From Eledone cirrhosa (Eukaryota): 64,000 nt of DNA. Below the pieces are notes generated by a model. It worked only from the letters and a program-made list of their open reading frames with translations. It was not told where the DNA came from and did not search any database. A program made the position numbers and the translations under genes. The DNA is taken from assembly GCA_964016885.1 (NCBI GenBank), contig CAXHJY010000225.1:1-64000 (forward strand), in the 5' to 3' direction. Of the stretch, positions 53,731 through 64,000 are shown piece after piece; position 1 is the first letter of the stretch; each line of letters opens with the position of its first letter.

Positions 53731-53786
53731 ACTGCCTGATGAGGTCATAGCCATTCAATGGCTATCATCGAAATATATATAGCAGT
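53731..53786 (+). ncRNA. Type I hammerhead ribozyme of the PLE terminal repeat
   Basis: actgc-CTGATGA-ggtcatagccatt c aatggctatcatc-GAAA-tatata-TA-gcagt. Confidence 0.88.
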
Positions 53787-54115
53787 AAATAAAGGATTAT
53801 GAGTTCATGCAATTGACTTATGTTTCATCACTATATATATATATATAATGTCTGTGCGTGTGTGTGAAAAATAAATGTAGTGGCCACCGGATAAAAGAGT
53901 GAAAAAAACAAACAGTCCCTAATCAACAGTTAACCTATGGTAATCACTATAGTTTCAGTAAATTAAGGTTTTTACTGTTCATTCCAGTTCACACCGTAGC
54001 AAAACAGGAAGACACAAAACAGGTTGTGCCTTTCACCGAATTACACAAATGCAAATATCCATATATATATATATATATACAGAGAGAGAGAGAAAGAGAG
54101 AGAGCGAGAGAGAGT

Positions 54116-54169
<54 letters not shown>

Positions 54170-54186
54170 TATTGGAGGTGCTATAT

Positions 54187-54225
<39 letters not shown>

Positions 54226-54407
54226 TTTCTGAAGAGTCTGTATACAAATTTCTACCCTCTTCCAAATGATTCTCTCATGTACGAACACATATTTTATACA
54301 TGTTTATCTGTTGAGAATAAATCTCTGTTTTAGTCACATATATATTCTGATGCGTCATATATACATATATTGAGTCACCCTTTTTATTTATGTCTTGCTT
54401 TCTCACT

Positions 54408-54565
<158 letters not shown>

Positions 54566-54574
54566 ATGTGTGTG

Positions 54575-54680
<106 letters not shown>

Positions 54681-54775
54681 ATATATATATGAATGCATAC
54701 GTATGTTATTATATGTGCGTATTTGGATGAATATATATATATATATAGAGAGAGAGAGATATACACACACACACA

Positions 54776-54835
<60 letters not shown>

Positions 54836-54911
54836 TTTATATGCATATATATATATATACATATATATATGTATGTATATATATACATATATACATATAT
54901 TTATATACATA

Positions 54912-54983
<72 letters not shown>

Positions 54984-55022
54984 GAGGTTATATTTAATTT
55001 TTGGGGATTCAACAAGCTTAAA

Positions 55023-55080
<58 letters not shown>

Positions 55081-55850
55081 GAGAGAGAGAGAGAGAAAGA
55101 GAAAGAGTGTGTGTGTGTCCAAGTGACTTACACATTTCTCATAGAACATCAAACAGTATTGGAACAAAAATGAAAAAGAAATGAGTGAATTAAGAGAGGA
55201 TATTGTGAGAATAGCTTCTATTGAAGACCAATATTGGTTGCATATCTTCTCTCCTTGGTATACCAACCTACGTTCAATAATAATGTTCATGTTAAATCTC
55301 CGTAGTTAATTTTAATAATTTCCTACATTCCGCGGCCATCTTGAAAACCTATAAGGTTACTGGAAGATTCCTTCCTTTCCCAAGTAAACTACTGAAGGTC
55401 ATTCTAAACATTAATTTCACTAGCTATCCTTTTCGTTGTCCAGACAACAGAAACACTCGTCTTCGAAACCAATGGAACAGCAACCCTCTATATATCAATA
55501 TATCTATCTTTCAATCTCTCTATCTATCTATCTGTCTATCAAACTCCCTGTTTTCTATCTAACCCCCCCCCCCTCTCTATCTCTCCTATATATGTATTGT
55601 AAGAGGTGCGCTAGCAATGTATATATATTTATACACATTGGTGCATTCTCGGTGAAACCCTATGTATTTATGTCGATATAATAACTTTATCACACACACA
55701 TACACATTATACATACATATATATTATATATATATATATATATATATGTGTGTTGTGGTGTGTGCGTGTGGTGAGTATGAGTGTATGAGTGTGGGTCGTG
55801 ATCAATCAGAGGTAACAACAGTAAGTAAGGTAGTCAATATATAGCAGAGA

Positions 55851-55897
55851 TTTCCTGATGATTTCCTTCAAATGAAACAGGTCTAGTCCTGTAGAAG
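55851..55897 (+). ncRNA. Hammerhead motif, 6264 family
   Basis: tttc-CTGATGA-tttccttcaaat-GAAA-cag gtctagtc ctg-TA-gaag. Upstream sequence is homologous to 6200-6243. Confidence 0.6.
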
Positions 55898-55919
55898 CCA
55901 TTTATACACTCACACACAC

Positions 55920-56057
<138 letters not shown>

Positions 56058-56272
56058 AAACGAAAAATCAATGATGCATCTGAACTCAATTTATTGTGTG
56101 ATACAATTGTTTCCCCGGCGGACAGCTCGAGACGCGATCATTGTGTGGATCTGTCTGATTCTGGTGCCGCAGGTTCGACCGACACGTCTTATGATTTCGG
56201 AGCATATTCTCGAGGAAACAATTGTAACACACAATAAATTGAGTTCAGATGCATCACTGATTTTTCGTTTTC
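56058..56272. mobile_element. Inverted-repeat element with a degenerate HHR-like motif (CTTATGA...GAAA-caattg-TA)
   Basis: Arms at about 56058-56118 and 56213-56272. Confidence 0.6.
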
Positions 56273-56352
56273 TATTCTATCATACACTGCTCTGTAAGAG
56301 TATAGAGTGCTCACCGGCATACTGCCTATGGACGCATCTTAGCTACCATCAA

Positions 56353-56391
<39 letters not shown>

Positions 56392-56755
56392 ATATAGTAT
56401 ATATATATAGGAACCAGTAAGACCCCGACGGCTGAGCTCAGCCGTCGGGGTCTTACTGGTTCCTATTACCCACTCTACTACCCCTAAGTATTGAGTACTT
56501 TGGTGCGTTATGGTTCCACCTGGTTCCTTACCCACATTTCCTTCGTTATATTATTATAATATATATAGAGAGAGAGAGAGAGAGGGAGGACAGAGAGAGA
56601 GAGAGTGAGGACAGAGAGGAGAGAGAGGGGGGGAGATAGGGGGGGGGGGAGAACACAACTCTTAGATTCCCAGTTAGACATTACCAAAGCAATAATCATT
56701 CCAATCTCCAAACAATGTCATCTATCGTAGTTCTTAGTAGAAAAACGCTAAACAA

Positions 56756-57146
56756 TAATTGTTTCTACTTTTTGGCACAAGGCCATCAATTATCCCATTG
56801 TATTACTGGTACTTTATTTTATCGACCCTCTAAGGATGAAAGGCAAAGTTATCCTCGGCGGGTTTTGAACTCAGACTATAAAGGGCTGTAACTCTGTGCT
56901 GCAAAGAATGGCGTCCGACCCTCTACCGATGCTGCCAATCCATAAACAATAATAATAATTGTTTCTACTTCTACTTTTGGCACAAGGCCAGTACTTATCC
57001 CAGTGTATTACTGGTACTTTATTTTATCGACACCACAAGGATAAAAGGTAAAGCTAATCTCGGCGGAATTAGAAGCCCGAAAGTAAAATGCGGTAAGTGT
57101 CCACCATGTTGTCCACCGCTCTACTGATACTGCCAATCCACCGCCA
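56756..57146 (-). mobile_element. Two tandem SINE family A copies
   Basis: At about 56756-56942 and 56958-57146. Confidence 0.85.
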
Positions 57147-57729
57147 ATAGATAATATACAATTATATATACTAGCAGAAAACCATCCCCGGGTGGTTTTT
57201 CTACTAGCATGTGTAGTGTGTATATTGATATTATACACAAGTATATATACATGTAGATATGATACATCAAATAACATCGTAATTGACAATATACACAGAA
57301 ATTGAACGAAGACTGTTACACTCTCTTATGTAATCAGTAACGTAATCCATGATACATTAAAAAAGACGATATTATATATAAACTGCATTAGGAGAAAATT
57401 AGTGACAGAAAATTAGTATATTTATTTAAGCGATCGCCACCGGAAGTGTTGACATTTGAAATTTTAAAGAAGTGAATCTTTAAATAAATAATAAAATATA
57501 TTTAATGAACAGCCACGAAATTTCGTAGATAAATTATGTAATATTCATTCATTATTTATTCAAAGTAATCGAATTTATTTTACTAATAGGATAAAAAAAT
57601 TATAAACCGTACGCCGTCCCGCGCTTCTTACTTTATTATAGTTTAGATTTACAACATCTTTAAAAATGAGTTTCTTGACATACTCAATATAAATGCATCA
57701 TTGCACTGTAACCTATTATTTCATAATGT

Positions 57730-58132
57730 TGTAGTGGATCTCCGTCAGTTTCGACGATGAGTGTTCCATTTGTTCGAATAATAGATCAATCTGCTGCTAA
57801 AACTAAGATTCCACGTGTACTCTTGACGTAGTTCTCAGGAAGATTTAATGTGACAAATGTGTGTAACAGGGCTGGAGATGGAGAATTAATGTGACAAATG
57901 TGTGTACGTGGGGGGGGGGGGATTTAATGTGACAAATGTGTGTATGTGGTGGGGGGATTTAATGTGACAAATGTGTGTAACAGAGGGGGGGGGGGGGTTG
58001 AACTACAGGAACAACTCATTTTGTTTTCCTGGGAGGGAGGAGGCATGTTAAATAATGTGTTGTAGAAAGAAACAACCGCCGTGAAATGAGGGTTTTACGA
58101 TCGTCAACCGGCCACCCTAATCACTAAGCCAT
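57730..58132 (-). mobile_element. Degraded SINE family B with an internal tandem duplication
   Basis: Homologous to 2275-2610; four copies of ttaatgtgacaaatgtgtgta. Confidence 0.55.
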
Positions 58133-58253
58133 AGGTGTTGATTTTCAATGTTATATATAACGTGTATTTTATAGCCTATTCCTCCATTCCTCCACTATAA
58201 TATCTATATATTTATATGTATTTTATATAGTATACCTCCATCCCTCTGCTATA

Positions 58254-58313
<60 letters not shown>

Positions 58314-58512
58314 CGAAGTGTGTTAAGGAACCAGGTGGACCATGGTAACTCCAGATGTAGCCGTCGAAACAGCTTGAGCTCTGCCGTCGGGGTCTTGAAC
58401 ATTTTCATATATATATATATATTAGATTAGATTAGATTAGATTATCTAATTAAATAGCTCTGTTCTATACATAGAGCACCCTTTACTTTTCCTTTGGAAT
58501 TACCTAACATAC

Positions 58513-58562
<50 letters not shown>

Positions 58563-58565
58563 TTA

Positions 58566-58910
<345 letters not shown>

Positions 58911-59037
58911 AGAGGGAACAAAGCATCGGTGTTACAGCATATATATATTTAACTACTTCTTACATAGGTTTCACTGCCGATCAGCTCGAGGAACGATTTT
59001 CTTTTTTTCCTTTTTACGTGCGTCTACATGTAAACAC

Positions 59038-59125
59038 ATATCTGAGGAGCTTCCAATTCCAGAGTCATGAACGAACATAATTCGATCGTTCCTCGAGCTA
59101 ATCAACAGTGAAACATATGTAATAT
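59038..59125 (+). ncRNA. Hammerhead motif with a stem II of about 60 nt, inside diverged inverted repeat 58905-59180
   Basis: atat-CTGAGGA-gct...agt-GAAA-catatg-TA-atat. Confidence 0.6.
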
Positions 59126-59253
59126 CTAATTAAATATGGAAATTATGTAACACTGATTCTTTGTTACCTTTTATTATTATTGATATCCTTCTCCAAAAGA
59201 GCAACAAGTGTTCATACCACCTGTGAACGCAATTCAATTGCACCTCTACTATA

Positions 59254-59483
<230 letters not shown>

Positions 59484-59544
59484 GTATATATATATACAAC
59501 AGAAGACTGGACTGGAAGATATGCTGTAAAATATTAATTCCGTG

Positions 59545-59623
59545 AAATCACTATATATATTTCAATGTCCCAGCTCCATCATCTGATTATGATACAAGAC
59601 ATGACGACCTCATCAGGTGACTT
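59545..59623 (-). ncRNA. Hammerhead motif with extended stem II
   Basis: Minus strand: aagtcac-CTGATGA-ggt...atgtcttg..tgggacatt-GAAA-tatata-TA-gtgattt. Confidence 0.72.
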
Positions 59624-59758
59624 TGACAGAATTTTATAGTATAACCTTCATCCTTCCACTATAATATATGTATGTTTATTATATATAGTATATCTCCCCT
59701 CATTCAACGATAATATATATATATATGATTATGATATATAGTATATAGTATAGTATAA

Positions 59759-60152
59759 GGGCGGTGAATTGGCAGTATCGGTAGAACGTCGGGCACCATG
59801 TTTTACGGTATAGAGTTAAGACTCTTTACGTTCTGAGTTCAAATCCTGTCGAGGTTAGCTTTGCCTTTCATCCTTAGGGGTTGATAAAATAAAGTACCAG
59901 TAACACATTCGGGTCGATTTACTCGACTTTCCCCCTCCCCCAAATATTGCTTGCCTTGTGCCAACATCAGAATTGACATTATCAGTAGAGGGGCGGACGC
60001 GCCATGCTTTCTAGCATAGTTACGTCCCTTTATGATCTGAGTTCAAATCCCGCCGAGGTTAACTTTACCTTTCATCCTTACGGGGTCGATAAAATAAAGT
60101 ACCAGTAATGCACTTGATTAATTGCTGGCCTTGTGCCTAAAGTAGGAAACTA
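59759..60152 (+). mobile_element. Two tandem SINE family A copies
   Basis: At about 59759-59965 and 59982-60152. Confidence 0.85.
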
Positions 60153-60600
60153 TTATATATATAGTATACCTTCTCCCACTATTATATATATAGTATACCT
60201 TCCTCCACTATTATATATATAGTATACCTTCCTCCACTATTATATATATAGTATACCTTCCTCCACTATTATATATATAGTATACCTTCCTCCACTATTA
60301 TATATATAGTATACCTTCCTCCACTATTATATATATATAGTATACCTTCCTCCACTATTATATATATACTATACCTTCCTCCACTATTATATATATAGTA
60401 TACCTTCCTCCACTATTATATATATAGTATACCTTCCCTCCACTATTATATATATAGTATACCTTCCTCCACTATTATATATATAGTATACCTTCCTCCA
60501 CTTATTATATATATAGTATACCTTCCTCCACTATTATATATATAGTATACCTTCCTCCACTATTATATATATACTATACCTTCCTCCACTATTATATATA
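60151..60600. repeat. Minisatellite of about 29 bp (TATTATATATATAGTATACCTTCCTCCAC)n
   Basis: Read directly. Confidence 0.95.
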
Positions 60601-60772
60601 TATATGTTGGATATATCTCACATGATATGACACAGCCAACTTTCCACACAATATAATTAGTTAGCACCCCGAACGTTTAATTAGGAATATACTCAGGTAT
60701 TTCCTGTTTGTTGAGTGAGTTGGATTTGGCCGAGTATCGCTATTAGCTTTCTCCTATTATGTATTTATATCT

Positions 60773-60814
<42 letters not shown>

Positions 60815-60983
60815 TATTATATAGCCCCCATCATCCTACAATAATATATACGCGTGTATTTCTATAGAGTATATAAACTTCCCTCCGCTATGTTTTATAT
60901 ACAGTATTCCTTCATCACTGCACTATGATATATATATATATATATATATAGATAGATATAGATTATATAATATATATATATAT

Positions 60984-61091
<108 letters not shown>

Positions 61092-61207
61092 ATATCTATA
61101 TATATATCTATATATATATCTTATATATATATATATAAACATATATATATATATATATATATATCTATATATATATATATCTATATATCTATATATATAT
61201 CTATATC

Positions 61208-61242
<35 letters not shown>

Positions 61243-61266
61243 TATACTATATATATATATATAAAC

Positions 61267-61369
<103 letters not shown>

Positions 61370-61762
61370 AGATATAGATATATATATAGGTATAGATATA
61401 TATATATATAAACATATATATATATATATATATATATAGATATAGATATATATATATATATATAGTGTCCCCCCATCAATCACTCCCTTCACTACAATTT
61501 CTCTCGTTGACGGATTTCCAACGTTTTTAGAATAGATTTTGACTTTTCTTTTATTATTTTTATTTCATTTATTTATTTAATTATTTATTTATTGTTTTTA
61601 TTATATTTGTCAGAGCACGTGGTGTTCCATGCTGTTTGATTTGCTGATGATGATATGTTCTATTTATTGTTTCATGAGTTTCTCATTTTTATTATTTTTC
61701 TCCTCCTCCATCTCCTCCTCCTCTACCTCAACCTCTTCCCTATTCTATTTTTTCACATCATT

Positions 61763-64000
61763 CCCCCCATATATCCCAGTAACCCCCCATATATCCCAGT
61801 AATCCCCCCATATATCCCAGTAATCCCCCCATATATCCCAGTAACCCCCCCATATCTCCCAGTAATCCCCCCCATATATCCCAGTAACCCCCCCATATAT
61901 CCCAGTAACCCCCCCATATATCCCAGTAATCCGCCCCCCATATATCCCAGTAACCACCCCATATATCCCAGTAATCCCCCATATATCCCAGTACCCCCCA
62001 TATATCCCAGTAATCCCCCTCCATATATCCCAGTACACCCCATATATCCCAGTAATCCCCCCCATATATCCCAGTAATCCCCCCATATATCCCAGTACCC
62101 CCCATATATCCCAGTAATCCCCCCATATATCCCAGTAATCCTCCCATATATCCTAGTACCCCCCATGTATCCCAGTAACCCCCCCCATATATCCCAGTAA
62201 TCCCCCCATATATCACAGTAAGCCCCCCATATATCCCAGTACCCCCCATATATCCCAGTACCCCCCATATATCCCAGTAATACACCCATATATCCCAGTA
62301 ATCCCCCCTTATATCCCAGTACCCCCCATATATCCCAGTAATCCCCCCATATATCCAAGTAATCCCCCCATATATCCCAGTATCCCCCCATATATCCCAG
62401 TACCCCTCCATATATCCCAGTAAACCCCCCATATATCCCAGTAATCCCCCCATATATCCCAGTACCCCCCATATATCCCAGTAATCCACCCCATATATCC
62501 CAGTAATCCCCCCATATATCCCAGTAATCCACCACATATATCCCAGTAATCCCCCCATATATCCCAGTAATCCCCCCATATATCCCAGTAATCCCCCCCA
62601 TATATCCCAGTACCCCCCATATATCCCAGTAATCCACCACATATATCCCAGTAATCCCCCCATATATCCCAGTAATCCCCCCATATATCCCAGTAATCCC
62701 CCCATATATCCCAGTAATCACCCCCATATATCCCAGTACCCCCCATATATCCCAGTACCCCCCATATATCCCAGTAATTACATCCCCCATATATCCCAGT
62801 AATCCCCCCATATATCCTAGTAATCCCCCCCATATATCCTAGTAATCCCCCCCATATATCCCAGTAATCCCCCCATATATCCCAGTAATCCCCCCATATA
62901 TCCCAGTAATCCCCCCATATATCCCAGTAATGACATCCCCCCATATATCCCAGTAATACCCCATATATCCCAGTAATACCCCATATATCCCAGTAATCCC
63001 CCATATATCCCAGTACCCCCCATATATCCCAGTAATCCCCCCATATAACCCAGTAATTACATCCCCCATATATCCCAGTAATCCCCCCATATATCCCAGT
63101 AATCCCCCATATATCCCAGTAATCCCCCCATATATCACAGTAATCCTCCCATATATCCCAGTAATCCCCCCATATATCCCAGTAATGCCCCCATATATCC
63201 CAGTAATCCCCCCATATATCCCAGTAATCCCCACATATATCCCACTACCCCCCATATATCCCAGTAATCCCGCCCATATATCCCAGTAATCCCCCCCATA
63301 TATCCCAGTAATTACATCCCCCCATATATCCCAGTAATACCCCCATATATCCCAGTAATCCCGCCCATATATCCCAGTAATCCCCCCATATATCCCAGTA
63401 ATTACATCCCGCCATATATCCCAGTAATCCCCCCATATATCCCAGTAATTACATCCCCCCATATATCCCAGTAATCCCCCCAAACATCCCAGTAATTACA
63501 TCCCCCCATATATCCCAGTAATCCCGCCCATATACCCAAGTAATCCCCCACATATATCCCAGTAATACCCCATATATCCTAGTAATCCCCCCATATATCC
63601 CAGTAATACCCCATATATCCCAATAATCCCCCCATATATCCCGGTACCCCCCATATATCCCAGTAATCCCCCCCGCATATATCCCAGTAATCCCCCCATA
63701 TATCCCAGTAATCCCCCCATATATCCCAGTAATTACATCCCCCCATATATCCCAGTAATCCCCCCCCATATATCCCAGTAATCCCCCCAATATATCCCAG
63801 TAATACCCCCATATATCCCAGTAATTACATCCCCCCATATATCCCATTAATCCCCCCATATATCCCAGTAATCCCCCCATATATCCCAGTAATCCCCCCA
63901 TATATCCCAGTACCCCCCATATATCCCAGTAATTACATCCCCCCATATATCCCAGTAATCCCCCCCCCGATATATCTCAGTAATCCCCCCATATATCCTA
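61763..64000. repeat. C-rich minisatellite of about 21 bp (CCCCCCATATATCCCAGTAAT)n, running off the end of the window
   Basis: Read directly; the C-run length varies. Confidence 0.97.

Larger units (their letters stand above)
50527..53832 (+). mobile_element. Penelope-like retroelement (5'-truncated) within (TA)n
   Basis: RT plus a C-terminal GIY-YIG domain, followed by a 3' region with an HHR and AATAAA; (TA)n on both sides. Confidence 0.9.

Noticed and set aside
53885-53905. CCGGATAAAAG resembling part of a twister ribozyme
   Set aside because: The remaining conserved twister segments and pseudoknot partners are absent.

Overview
AT-rich, repeat-dense eukaryotic DNA, probably a cephalopod such as Octopus (inferred only from the SINE family and the microsatellite load). 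No intact host gene is evident, and almost all supplied ORFs are microsatellite or minisatellite artefacts. Protein-coding remnants are all from transposons: a 5'-truncated RTE-type LINE, a rearranged Gypsy LTR element with a 4-bp target-site duplication (TSD), a CR1-type LINE and a Penelope-like element (PLE; reverse transcriptase plus GIY-YIG). There are also about 15 tRNA-SINE copies, a non-autonomous Helitron and several minisatellites. The main signal is that the short 'unique' islands between (TA)n runs are mostly small non-coding elements carrying type I hammerhead ribozyme (HHR) motifs. By eye I find about 25-30 motifs from more than 10 sequence families. Many islands are fold-back palindromes with an HHR on each strand; others are tandem or terminally redundant like retrozymes. 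Several families have non-canonical cores, including a compensatory U3:A8 pair in three unrelated families and a recurring U10.1-U11.1 position. All folds were derived by hand and none has been tested for cleavage.
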